A stretch of DNA of 64,000 bases from Octopus sinensis (lineage: Eukaryota), in assembly GCF_006345805.1 (NCBI RefSeq), contig NC_043011.1:56928464-56992463 (forward strand), in the 5' to 3' direction. A model generated the notes under the pieces. That model searched no databases, was not told the origin of the DNA, and was given only the letters and a program-made list of their open reading frames with translations. Shown piece by piece: positions 50,097 through 62,380 of the stretch. The position numbers and the translations under genes were made by a program. Position 1 is the stretch's first letter. Each line of letters opens with the position of its first letter.

Positions 50097-50739
50097 TCCA
50101 CATACTTTTACCATTTCTTCACTCCTGTCAGTGTATAGCAAAACTTCTGGTGCTACAAATATAGCTTTTTTCTGCTCTGTCATCACCACATCTAGCCTCT
50201 GTCTTTATTGCATGGTCAGTTTGTAATACCAAAATCCAAAGACCTTTACAATATTCACGATGTCCGAGAGCTTCTGGCTGATCGTGGTGCCATTCTTTTC
50301 CCACATTGATAAACTTTCCAAATAACAACCACTTCAACAATTTGAAATGGTGTTTATTGTGAATATTTCGTAGTCAGCTTGTATTTCTTTAATGCATTTA
50401 TCACATAAATAAAAGCAGTAAATAAGAACGAGATATACATTTATAATAAATACCATTTTATTAGCTGTTAAATGCACAGTAAGCAATTTAGGGGGGGAAA
50501 AAACATTTAAAAAAAATTTAACTGGAAAGAAAAAGTATTTTCAAAATGTAAAAACAAAATCTAAATATTCCAGCACAAGTGTTCAAGAACTAAACCATGT
50601 TTGTCGTATGGTTGTTGGCTGTTGCACAGTAAGTAAATTCAACAAAACAAACGTTTTCAAGTTAAAAGAATATTTTTGAATAAAAGGAAAATATTTTTGC
50701 ATTAAAAAAAAATCAAGAATTCACACAGCAATTTGAAAT

Positions 50740-52415
50740 TCTTTTACTTGTCTATTTGGTCTATAGATACTGGTTCTTCAATGGATTTCTTTAAGCATTT
50801 TCTTACATCTCTTTGTTGTTTCATAGAATTCTGTTTTGTAGTAAATCTTGTAGTTTTAACCACATCTGCTTGCATAACTTGTTGCCAAAAAAGATTTGTA
50901 TTCTGTTCAATATTTGAAAGAATCGCATCCTTCATAGCCAAGCTTTGGACAAAGACATCCTTTCGGTTGTTTCATTTCCATTATTATTTATGTCAGAACA
51001 AATTACTGCTTCTTAACCACTCTGTCAATAATCTGCTGAGCTGAAAAAACGTTTGGGTTATTCAGTGTTGCTGTCCACCTCAGTGCAATCATTTGATAAC
51101 TTTAACTTCAAAGCCACGTAACAGGTTTTTGTACATACATTGTGTGCATTGATTGTGTTATTTATTTTTATGCTCTGTCTAATGTTAAAACCATTCAACT
51201 ACTCTTCATTGTCAGAAATGAAATCATTGCACAGCAACATAGACCAAAACGTTTGCCATATTCTCAAAAGTGCGACAAGTTTTAACACACGTCTATGCAA
51301 TTTCAGATTTAACGAGCACATCTTTAATTGTAAACTGCTGTTGAAAGTCATTAGAGAGCACATCTCTTAATTGTAAATTGTCATTGAAAGTCAATGGTAG
51401 AAATTTTGCTACATAAAATTACTTGTGATCGTAACATTTGTAATTCTGAATAATTCCCTTGTCCATTGGTCGTCTGAGAAGAATTCTGTAGACTGGTAAA
51501 CAGCATAGAAAAATATTGGTGCAATCTGGAACTGTGTTAGGTGCATGGTGATATGCCATGTCTTGTTGCAGAGGTCAATCACTCTTGGTGTCTTATGGTT
51601 TGATGCCATTCCTCTTAAATTAGGCAAAACTGCAGACAAGAATTTCTTGAGTAAATCAGTTTTTAAAAAGTTCTTTAGTCCTTCTTTTGGGCCTTGTTAA
51701 AAACTGGAATATGCATTAGTTCCTTCAAGACTCTAACATGATGCCACTTATTTATCAATCACTAAAAGTCTGGTACTGTTGGCCCAGATGCATTTGTACA
51801 TAAAAACTGTTAATCTTTCTTTTAATTATACTTGAAATCACTTGCCTCCTTGGAACTTACCAATATCCACATTTGTAAACATCACCAGTAGAGGAGGCCA
51901 TTTTCATTGATATTGTATATTCAACCAGTTGTGAGCTCCTGTCCCCTGACAAGTTCAATAAATGCCGTTTGTTAAGCTCTTTCTCAATCTACTGATTGCT
52001 TTTCACCATCAATGTCTGATTCTTTCTTTCATAACATGTCTTAAATCCAGGCAATCACTCATCCAAGAAAAACAATTGAGGTTTCCAAATCTATTTTCTC
52101 TTTAAAATGTTTGGCTCTAGCTAAAATTATTGTCTCATTTACGGCTATACCTTCCAATCATTCACTTCAATAAAAACCACTCGTGCAATATTTTATCTAA
52201 ATTTTCACATTTTAGCTTTATGCAGACTTGCCTCTTTCCGAGTTTATTGAGAAGCTTAGAACATGCTGTAAAATCTAAAAGCTTTTCCTTTCAGCTGTTA
52301 ATGTCATACAAAGTCACTGGTCTGCATTTAGATTCTGTTATTAGCACATTTCTACTCATACCGTGTTCAGTTTCTCTTGGTGAGTTCTAGTTTATTTTTG
52401 GTGGAGAAGATTAGA
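50740..52415 (-). pseudogene. Near full-length decayed pogo/Tigger (jerky-like, CENP-B family) transposase
   Basis: Colinear minus-strand motifs: KNKLELTKR/EHGMSRNVLITES..VTLYDINS*KEKLLDF (HTH-psq), LDKILHEWF/EGIAVNETIILARAKHF (CENP-B HTH), IYNINENGLLYW (NxDETG), KERLTVF/CTNASG, RPMDKGIIQNYKCY (QPxDxGII), TLLRIWQTFW. Many stops and frameshifts; terminal inverted repeats not found. Confidence 0.85.
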
Positions 52416-52799
52416 GAAGAATGAAAGGAAAAGTTATCTGAACAAGTGTGGGCATTATTGGCTGTGATGACGAGTAGGGACAGAAATGAGCACTGGGGTA
52501 CACTAGATTTAATAGCGTAGGGTAGAGAGGGGTCTCCATCATCAATAGAAGCTACTTTAGGGCTCTTTGAAGTTCTACTTTGTTTCTTCTCAGTCACTTT
52601 AGACATCGTAATAGAGTAAATGACAAAAAAATGAATGGGTTATAATACAGCACTGGACATTACACCTGCTGCCAGCACAGAGTTCCATGGGGACAAATTA
52701 GCATGACACCACCAGTTTTATTTTGAAGGGGATATTAGCTTGGGGTTTCTGGTATTCTCTGTGCCTTTATTTCAAAATGGTTCCACCACTTCCATTATT

Positions 52800-53221
52800 A
52801 TTGGTAAGCTGGCTGAATCATTAAATACAGTATTTGTTCTGACTCTATGTTCTGAGTTCAAATGCAACCTAGGTCTGCTTTGCCTTTCAATCGTCCAGGG
52901 TCAATGAAATAAAGTGCCAAGCATCAGTGCAGGTATTAATTGGCTACAACACTTTCATGCAACTTTTCTAGTCTTGTGATTAAAGCAGAAACCATCATCA
53001 TCATCATTGGCTGAAGTGTTAGCACACCAGGCAAAATGCTTAGCAGCATTTCATTGGCTTCATGTTTTCTGAGTTCAAGTTCCGCCACGGTCAACTTTGC
53101 CTTTCATCCTTTCACTGTCGATAAATTAAGTACCAGTGAAACATTGGGGTCGATGTAATCGATTACTCCCCTCCCCCAAAATTTCAGACTTTGTGCCTAT
53201 AGTAGAAAGGATTATTATTAG
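52800..53221 (+). mobile_element. Two head-to-tail family C SINEs
   Basis: Copies at about 52800-52990 (decayed) and 53010-53221 (better preserved, ends AGTAGAAAGGATTATTATTA). Confidence 0.75.
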
Positions 53222-53441
53222 ACCAGGCTCCCGTGGCTTTTATGGGTTTTTCCACGAGTAACCTTTTGAAGCGCCTCCCCCTATTGGGAGTTTTTACTTG
53301 TTATATTTTCGTTGTTAACTTGCATTTTTACACGGACTTTTCAAACGGACAAAACCTTTTTTGGAACTTTCGTCCTGTATTTTGTCCTTACATGTTTTAT
53401 TTGATTTTTGTTAGCCCTTGTGGCCAATAAACGAATTAATT
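53222..53441 (+). mobile_element. CpG-rich retroposon 3' end with AATAAA and (ATT)n tail
   Basis: Flanked by ATTATTATTAG on both sides (53211-53221, 53442-53452); ends GTTAGCCCTTGTGGCCAATAAACGAATTAATT. Confidence 0.55.
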
Positions 53442-54087
53442 ATTATTATTAGCCGTAGAAGTACCATTATCTGTGTTGTCAAAAATTATGACAGTTTTAT
53501 TTTCATTACTTTTGAGGAATGGCACACTTCCATTCAAAATGACAGGTAAAAAACAATTTTGATGAAGTTTTGTACCTAAAGATGTAGCTTTACATATTTA
53601 ATTGCAAAAATATTAGAAATGTGTAAATGTGACAGTGCAGGACACCCACTGAAAAACGATGGCCCCATGACACATTCTAGTACGAGAACCACTTGGGCTG
53701 TCAAATATGACAGCTCTTTTACTTATACAATTCTTTGCTGGTTCACTGAACAGTTTAATGAGAATTTTAAAAATTTAATTAAAAGTTATGATCTGTATTA
53801 TCATCATCATCATCATCATCATCATCATCTCGTAATGTGCACTTTTCCATGCTTGCATGGATCTAATGGAATTTATTGAGGCAGATTTTGTATGGTTGGA
53901 TGCCCTTCCCACTAGTTTCGAGCAAAGTAATATTTCCCATGGTCAGACATGTTTTCCATGGAAGACTGGAAAGGCAGAAACTTGACTGTAGGATGCTGAT
54001 GCTCATTTAGAACTGTCGTGTAATATCAAGACAAGGGTGTACACACACACATGCATAGACATGTGTGTTTATGTGTGTGTGTGTGTG

Positions 54088-54137
<50 letters not shown>

Positions 54138-54142
<5 letters not shown>

Positions 54143-54468
54143 AAAATAGTGTACATTTAAACACAAAAGAAAACTACCCTTTAACAGGTAATTTTTATAT
54201 GCTAGAAATAGCAGCCAACACGGCCAAAACCACGATAACAAGGTAAAAGTTTTTATTTTTCATTTACTTTGAAAATTGCTATTAAATTGTGGTTTTGGCC
54301 ATGTTGGCTGCTATTTCTAACATGTAAAAATTACCTGTTAAAGGGTAGTTTTCTTTTTTGTTTAAATGTACACTATTTTAAAATATGAATATGTTGTCTA
54401 TTGACTATTTATACATGCTAGGCCACTGGTGGTGATATTTATAACAAATATTCGCTACCCTATATATG

Positions 54469-54511
<43 letters not shown>

Positions 54512-54865
54512 ATATTATATATATATATAATTTTAAAATAGTGTACATTTAAACACAAAAGAAAACTACCCTTTAACAGGTAATTTTTATATGCTAGAAA
54601 TAGCAGCCAACACGGCCAAAACCACGATAACAAGGTAAAAGTTTTTATTTTTCATTTACTTTGAAAATTGCTATTAAATTGTGGTTTTGGCCATGTTGGC
54701 TGCTATTTCTAACATGTAAAAATTACCTGTTAAAGGGTAGTTTTCTTTTTTGTTTAAATGTACACTATTTTAAAATATGAATATGTTGTCTATTGACTAT
54801 TTATACATGCTAGGCCACTGGTGGTGATATTTATAACAAATATTCGCTACCCTATATATGTACCT

Positions 54866-54867
<2 letters not shown>
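54138..54867. repeat. Two tandem 392-bp units, each containing a 247-bp foldback
   Basis: Foldbacks at 54138-54384 and 54530-54776; arms about 99 bp with 5 mismatches; units separated by (TA)n. Confidence 0.95.
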
Positions 54868-54899
<32 letters not shown>

Positions 54900-56073
54900 T
54901 ACGTATTTTATTTATAAATGACAATTTCTGTCTTTCTGTCTGTTTGTCTATCTGCTACCATCTCTACTGCCTAAACCATCAAACCAATCTTTGCCAAACT
55001 TTGCATACATGTTAAACTAACATCCAGTTCAATAATAGACTAATTGAATTTCAATAAAAATCTATAATGTACCCCCCCCCCCAGCAGGGTTGGGCAAATT
55101 ATATGATAAAATGAGAAGGGTGCAAAGAGTAGTAATGTGAAGGAAATATGGTGACAGAGTGAGGGTTACTGAGAACAATGTTGTCTAAGAGACAAATAGG
55201 AAGTGGCAATAGGATGGTAATGTTAATACAGCTGTCATATAGTCGCAACGCTGCATACATACTTTTGTAAATACATAGATACATGCACATACACACACAC
55301 ATGCATAAGCAACTTTTTAAATGCCCAGGAAGGAGAAAAAGGTGTGTGTGAGGAATACGTAGCTTATAGGAGATAGGTGACTTTTCTGCTTTCCATCACA
55401 AAGAAACATTCACACACATATATATATATATATAGGTCTATTATACTCCATTTTAAACTCGTGTTTACATGTGTGTATGTTTGTAACTGTGTGTGTGTGT
55501 GTGTATGTGCACATACACACACATGTATGTGTATGTCTGTGCCTGTGTCACATCCCACAACTGTCTGTCTCTCTACTTTTCTTGGGTCTTCCCTGTTGCT
55601 GTCACAAATTGTAAGATTAAAATTATATCAGAATTTTCAAATTTGGTATTTTCCATGTAAAATCCGAATTTGTTATTTATTTGTTCCAGAAAAATTGCAG
55701 AAATATGTTGGCATTTTCTGCATGATAGCTATTGATCACAAAATGAAAGCAAAACCATTAGGAGAAGGAATTTTTATTAAACAAACGAAAGCAAAATATT
55801 ACTACGACCAAAGTTGTTAGAACTTCTGAAGCTTTAATAAGTTTTAATGGATAAAGTCACGGGAAATGGCCGAACAGACATGTAAATGATTTAAAAAGGA
55901 AAAAAAATCCGCAATGAAGTTCTTTGGCAAAAATTTGCACAAATCTGTCCTGTTCAAGAGACCTGTCTTTCGTTGAAGGCATGGTCTGACATGGAATAAA
56001 CAAAAATTTATATAATGCATTTTATTGTTAAAAACTGCCCCACAACGATGGGCTATTCAGCTAGTATATATAT

Positions 56074-56853
56074 GTTAGTTAGTTAGTTAGTTAATTTGGC
56101 TCAAAAGCAAATAGCAAGACCATGTAGGGGGACATGGAGTTAAGTACAGGGTGGTGTTCATGTAAAGAGTTCAGGCCACTTGAGGTCCAGGGAGGCTTTG
56201 AACAAAGTGGTCGTCGGCATCTTCACCATCTCGTCTGGCAGCTTGTTCCACGGATCCGCAACCCGGACGGAGAAAGCTCCTCTCCTTCGATTGAGATGAA
56301 ATCGTCGCAGGTAGAGCTTTTCGGAATGACCCCGCAGCCGACGCTCCGGAGCAGGAGTGAAGAACAGCTCTTTCGAGAGGTTACACTTCCCGCTTATGAT
56401 GTTGTGGGCGAGAATGAGATCACCACGGCGGCGGCGTTTTTCAAGAGAATAAAGGTCGAGCGTCCTCAGCCTTTCTTCGTAGGACAAATTTTTGAGACCA
56501 TGAACCATGCGTGTAGCCAGCCTCTGGACTCTTTCGAGATGCTGTATGTCTTTGAGGAGATAAGGAGAAGAGGCTTGAATCCCATACTCCAATATGGGTC
56601 TCACCAGCGTGACATAGAGTGGTAGGAATATGGCTGCTGTGAGCATTCCGAATGACCGTCGAATCAAAAACAGAATTCCGCGCGCTTTGTTGGCAGCATG
56701 GACGCACTGGGCCGAAGGCGAAAAGGAGGAATCCACCAAGATACCCAGGTCCTTTACCTGATCGGTCCTCTCCAGCAGCAGACGACCCGGCTCGAAATCA
56801 AGTTGAGTTGCAGGAGTAGAGCCGACAGGCAGATGACAGCACTTTGACACGTT
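56074..56853 (-). mobile_element. Young 5'-truncated CR1-type LINE (RT C-terminus, stop codon, 3' UTR, (TAAC)n tail)
   Basis: Uninterrupted ~230 codons with VKDLGILVDSSF, YVTLVRPILEY, LERVQRLATRMV..LSYEERL..LYSLEKRRRRGDLI, RGH..F.VRVADPWNKLP; TGA at 56158-56160; GTTA repeats at 56074-56093. Confidence 0.95.
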
Positions 56854-56884
56854 CATATATATATGTATATATATATATATGCAT

Positions 56885-57055
56885 ACATACACATATGTGA
56901 CAAGCATTTTTCAGTTTCCATCTTCCAAGTCCATTTGCAAGTCTGCAGTTGACCTGTGGCTGTAGCAGAAGACAATTGCCCAAGTTGCTGCACAGTAAGA
57001 CTAAACCTAAGACCACCAGCTTGGGAGGCGAACATCTTAACCACACAGCCAAGCC
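56885..57055 (-). mobile_element. Family A SINE head, decayed
   Basis: TTTCAGTTTCCATC..GTAGCAGAAGACAATTGCCCAAG..AACCACACAGCC. Confidence 0.65.
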
Positions 57056-57159
57056 TGTGCTTATTAATGATAGTAATAAAAATTGAGTTCAACGTTATGA
57101 TTCTGTATTTACAAAAATGTTACAATATTATATACAAAACATAGAAAAATTTACATGTA

Positions 57160-57194
<35 letters not shown>

Positions 57195-57197
<3 letters not shown>

Positions 57198-57838
57198 GCT
57201 GGCAGAATTGTTAGCAGACCAGACAAAATGCTTAGTAGCATTTCATCCATCTTTTTGTTCTGAGTTCAAATTCTGCTAAGGTTGACTTTGCCTTTCATCC
57301 TTTCGGGGTCGATAAAATAAGTACCAATGAAATACTTGGGTTGATGTACTCGACTAGTCTCCTCCACCAAAAATTTGAGTCCTTGTGCCTTTGATAGAAA
57401 GGATTATTATTGTTATCAATAAGGCAATCAGCTGGCAGAGTCGTCAGGCAGAATGTTTAGCAGGATTTCTTCCAACTCTTTGTGTGCCAAGTTCAAATTC
57501 TGCTGAGGTCAGACTTAACCTTTTGTCCCTTCAGAGTCAATAGCATAAAGTACCGATAGAGTACTGGTGTTCATCTGATCAAGTGGCCCCCTCACCACAA
57601 TATTTCAGGTCTTAAGTCCATATCAGAAAGGATCAGAGCTGGCAGAATCAGTAGCAGACTGGGTAAACTGCTTGCCAGCATTTTGTCCGTCTTTACATTC
57701 TGAGTTCAAATTCCGCTGGGGTTCACTTTGCCTTTCATATTTTGGGGTTGATAAAATAAGTACCAGTCATGTACTGGAGTCTATGTAATCGTTTACTCCT
57801 CCTCCAAAACTGCTGGCATTGTGCCTATAGTAGAAACG

Positions 57839-57840
<2 letters not shown>
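57195..57840 (+). mobile_element. Three head-to-tail family C SINEs bracketed by (ATT)n
   Basis: Heads (GCTGGCAGA) near 57198, 57431 and 57638; (ATT)n at 57160-57196 and 57840-57888. Confidence 0.8.
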
Positions 57841-57891
<51 letters not shown>

Positions 57892-57924
57892 GTTTTCTAA
57901 TTTCCTTGTTTTGTAACCAGTATC

Positions 57925-58240
57925 AATTATTAATTTAGCAAGATAAGTTTGTCTAGACAGTTTTCATATTCAGGCAGGATGTCACTCTTTTACAAAAGGA
58001 GTGTCAGGTAAGTGGGGAGGTATGTATGTAGTGAGTAGGACACTGTGTCATTCCTGACTTCTATGAAGACGTAACCAACCATATTGGACCCAGGCACGTC
58101 ACTGCTATTTCAACAATTTAATTAGAGTCTTCTGCATTGTCAGCTCAGGTGATTTTCTTTCTTTTCTTTTTCTTTATGAATATCTTTGCCAATTACGGAA
58201 ATTCATTCTCACGAGTTTACATTTACTTGAGATCCTGGTT
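57925..58240 (+). repeat. Dispersed repeat, copy 1 (partner about 63008-63305)
   Basis: TTAATTTAGCAAGA..TTTGTCTAGACAGTTTTC..TTCCTGAC..TATGAAGAC.TAACCAAC shared colinearly; class not determined. Confidence 0.7.
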
Positions 58241-59449
58241 TATACTTTTTACCAATGAGAATAATTCAGAATCATATAAACTACTTAATTTCATTTCTTT
58301 CTTTCTTTCTTTCTTGTTTTCTTTCTTTCTTTTCTTATTTCAAACTTTCTTTCTTTCTTTTCTTTTCTCAAACTCTCTTCTTTTTTTTCAAACTTTCTTT
58401 AACTTCATCATTCTTGAAGATTGCCATAAATTGTTAGTTCTTGCTGACAGATACTCAACTTCTCAGACAACCTCACATAATTGTGAGGAATAGTCTTTGG
58501 GTCTTTTACCGGTTTCAGTCATTGGATAGCAACCCAGTATGGCTGAGTTGCAGTCGTTCAAGAGGTTTTTATCAATGATACTCTGTGTGTGTGTGTGTGT
58601 CCCAGCGGTTATTTTAGGCACGTAGTTATTTTATCAGTCTCTTATGGACATTTTTTTTTTCATGGCTTAGTTAAGTTTTATTTACATTAAAGGATACAAC
58701 TGAAAACATCCATTTACACAGACATAAGCACACACACACATACAATGGACTTTCTGGACACTTTCTGTCTACCATATTTTATTGACAAGACAGTGGCCAG
58801 TCCAAGACTTGAGTACAGGGCACTTGACCATAGTACTGTGCTGTGCAGTGGGTTTGACCCCAGAATGTCATGTCTGTAGAGGATTCTTCTCTATTTATTG
58901 AACCACTAAGTCATGGAACACAAAGGGGGATAACATCAATACAAACACACACACACTCACACACATGGTGGGATTCTGCACAGTTTCTATCTACTGCATT
59001 CTACCCATAAGGTATTGGTCCACTAGAGAAGACATTTGCCCAAACTGCTGTGCTGCAGATACCAAAGCCCAAATCTTGTGTTTGCAAAGCAAATTTCTCA
59101 ACAACAACAATCTTTATGAAATACTAAGTAACAGTCAAACCTATAAAGCAGCCTCTACATGGCCGCTTGTCCTGGTAGAAACAGCTGCTAAACCTCCCTC
59201 AAGTCACACACCAACAATTTTGGAAAAGAGCACATTGGATAATGTGAATCTTAGTTGCCTGCACATGGGAAAAATACAGGATGGTCATGGTTAGAAGGCC
59301 TTTCATTTGATGAGAGCTAATCAGTGTCGGGTAGGAGACTATACAACAACAACAACAACAACAATGTAATTATCAATCTTACTGAATGGTTTTCATTCCT
59401 ATAATTTTTGTTTTAAGATATTTTTATTGAATGCACAGTTCTACACATT

Positions 59450-59605
59450 TAAAGCATGGCTGTGTGGTTCAGAAGCTTACTTCCCATCCATGTGGTTTTC
59501 AGTTCAGTCCCTCTGGATAGCACCTTGGGCAAGTTTCTTCCACTATTGTCCAAGGCCATCCAAAGCCAGCCTTATGAGTGGATTTGGTAGATGGGAACTG
59601 TGTGT
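59450..59605 (+). mobile_element. Family A SINE head
   Basis: CATGGCTGTGTGGTTCAGAAGC..CACCTTGGGCAAG..GAGTGGATTTGGTAGATGGGAACTG. Confidence 0.7.
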
Positions 59606-59844
59606 GTGTATATATGTGTATGTAGTGTATATAAGGGGTTATAATCCAAGCTGTGCCCCCGTGAAACCCATCTGCATGTTCCCATTAATCCAATGCATGA
59701 TGTTTATTGATGTTTCAGTCTAAATGAGGAATACGTAGCAACTGGAATTTCTGGTAAATTCTATTTGCAGAGTAATTACATACCAAAACAAAAGACTGGA
59801 AATACTTGGACTTTTAAAAAAAATTCCAGTCTTTCTCTTTCTCT

Positions 59845-59979
59845 GTTTATTTCTGTGTTTCTTTCTGTTGAAGAGCATAGGCTCGAAACATAAAAGACTT
59901 TCTCACTCCCCGAGCGTTAAACTAATACATCTGTTTGTTGTTTACACACCCGTCTTCGTCTTTTGTTTTTTGTAAATTC

Positions 59980-59985
<6 letters not shown>
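59845..59985 (+). mobile_element. Family H2 repeat with hammerhead-like motif
   Basis: CTTT-CTGTTGA-AGAGC-ATAG-GCTC-GAAACAT-A-AAAG at 59861-59896; ends in (TA)n; partner 63560-63720. Confidence 0.5.
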
Positions 59986-60053
<68 letters not shown>

Positions 60054-60339
60054 CAATGTCATCTTCTTATACCCACCTTCTTGTATCTCGAGATGCTCTG
60101 GCCCCACCACCATTTTGTTACCTTCTTGCCAGCTACTCACACTCTTATATAATCCAGAGTAGCCATGTATCAAGTTGTCTAGCTTGGCCCCTCTCCACAC
60201 CCAGCAGATAACCATGCCACCCATCTCTTTAATACTAATCCCAGTATTTAGGCAAGAAAACTTTTTCTTTTCTGTTTCCCCTTGTTCCTGTTCTTGTCTT
60301 GCAAGTTACAGGGTGGCCTCACCATTGCCAGTGACACAA

Positions 60340-60750
60340 AACACACCCGGTACACATTGTAAACTGGTTGGCATTAGGAAGGGCACCCAGCTGTAGAAGC
60401 CATACCAAAGCAGACAGTTGGATCCTGTCAAACTGTCCAACCCATGCCAGCATAGAAAGTGGATGTTTAATGAGAGTGATGATGATGATGATTGTGTGTG
60501 TGTGTGTGTGTGTACCTTATGTTGACATTGTGATGGTTGTATATGAGCATCACCATCAGTCAAGTGAGGTTTGCTCATTTCCAGTCTTCTGTGAAGAACA
60601 TACTTGCCCGTGGGAAAATATTAGCTTGCTTGGGAATAGGCAAGGGTTAGCAATGCGAAGGGCATCTTGCTGTAGAAAATCTGCCTCAACAAATTCCATC
60701 TGACCCATGCAAACGTAGAAAAGTGAATGTTAAATGAGTATGATGATGAT
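60340..60750 (+). mobile_element. Two decayed family D elements
   Basis: GGAAGGGCACCCAGCTGTAGAA..CAACCCATGCCAGCATAG..GATGATG and a second more decayed copy at 60640-60750. Confidence 0.65.
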
Positions 60751-61119
60751 GATATGAAATAATGATTTATTTTTCAAGAAAGACATGGTTGTAAACCTTA
60801 AAGCCAAGCTGACATCCAAAGAAATGTTATACCAATGAAATACAGAGTTGCCTCTCACCAACTCATTATATAATCTTGCGTGCTAGGTGAGTGGTGGTGG
60901 TATTTTATTTAACCACCCACCAGACATGATGAATGCCTGAAGCAACTTTGTTTAGGTTCCAAATGCAAAACTGCCAATTACATAATGAAAAACTAGTCTT
61001 CTTGCCTTTCAGCTGTCATCCTTAGCCATCGTTCATATTTATTTTTATTCTGCTTTTTCTTCCTTTTTGGTTTTTTTTTTTGTTAGTCTTTTTTATAACC
61101 GAGTTATTCATGCAATGAA

Positions 61120-61480
61120 TTGGCAGAACCAGTGGAGCATCGGAAAAAAATACTTTATGGTATTTGCTATGACACTCAGTGCTTTGAGTTCAAATCCCAT
61201 CAAGGTCAGCCTGGCCTTTCATTCCTTCAGGATTGATAAAAACTATACCAATCCAATGCAGTAGATTGGCATTTGTTGCAGTTCTCTGTGTTCTGAGTTC
61301 AAGTCCGGTTGAGGTCAACTTTACTTTTTTCCCTTTCAGGATTGATACAAAAAGGGTTCAGTCCAACATGGTGGATTGGTAGAAACATTAGAAGGTTGGG
61401 CATGGTGCCTTGTGGTGTTTGTTCCAGCTCTCTGTGTTCTGTGTCCAAATCCCACCATGGCCTACTTTGGTGATAGGTTT
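61120..61480 (+). mobile_element. Cluster of three decayed family C SINE fragments
   Basis: Repeated GAGTTCAA..TCC / TGTCCAAATCC B-box blocks followed by CCTTTC.....CCTTCAGGATTGATA. Confidence 0.55.
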
Positions 61481-61969
61481 AATCCATGACCACCCCCTGG
61501 CATTGGTAGTGCCTTTAGCTGAATCCAATCTATTGCAAACATTGAGGCTAGGTTTCCAGTTAGAACATAATCTTCATCCCTTTTTCCTTCTTCTGTTTTT
61601 TTCCTTCCACCTTTCCAAGATTGGAAGCTTCCTAAAGGATCGTGGCTACTGCATTCCCCTCCTGACTTAAAGATATGGAAACAAAAGCAACTTTCCAAAT
61701 TTTGACCTCCGGAACTGGTGTTTCTTTTACCAGTTCTTGGTAGATTGGATCAAGAAAATCGTTTGCAAGGCTCCAATGCAATGATACAGTTTCAGTGTTA
61801 GACTCAAAATACGCACACCCATACATACATATATACACACATACATACACACATGCACATATACATACACACACACACATGCACATCTATAAATACATAC
61901 ATGCATACGCATATACACACACACACATTCATATTAAAGTTTTTTTATGTAAATTTACATCTTTGATGT

Positions 61970-62380
61970 TTCATCTTTTACTTGTTTCAGTCATTGGACT
62001 GCGACCATACAGGGGCACCATCTTGAAAGGTTTTAGTCAAACAAATCAATCCCTGTTTTTTTTTCTGTTTTTTTTTTGTTTTGTTTTTAATTTTATTACT
62101 TATTCTATGGGTCTCTTTCGCTGAACCACCAAGTTACAGGGACATAAACAAACCAACACTAGTTGTCAGGAGAGGGGTAAGTACAGACACAAAGACACGC
62201 GCACGCGCACAAACACAGACATGCACACAACTGACTTCTAGACAGTCTCTGTGTAACAAATCCATTCATAAGCTGCCCCAGGGCTATAGTAGAAGACACA
62301 TATCCAAGGTGCCACAGAGTGGGACTGAACCTGAAACCACACAGATGCAAAACAAGCTTCTTAACCACCCAGCTATGCCT
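61970..62380 (-). mobile_element. Family A SINE, full length
   Basis: TTTTACTTGTTTCAGTCATTGGACTGCGACC..AAACCAACAC..GTTGTCA..CTATAGTAGAAGACAC..GGGACTGAACCTGAAACCAC. Confidence 0.8.

Noticed and set aside
56074-56093. Telomere-like (GTTA)n repeat
   Set aside because: It is the 3' tandem tail of the CR1 element, not TTAGGG.
56134-56625. 163-aa + strand ORF
   Set aside because: Antisense shadow of the CR1 reverse-transcriptase frame.
60779-60886. 108-nt segment between TTTTCAAG and TAG|GTGAGT
   Set aside because: Stops in all three frames and a weak acceptor; cannot be supported as a coding exon.
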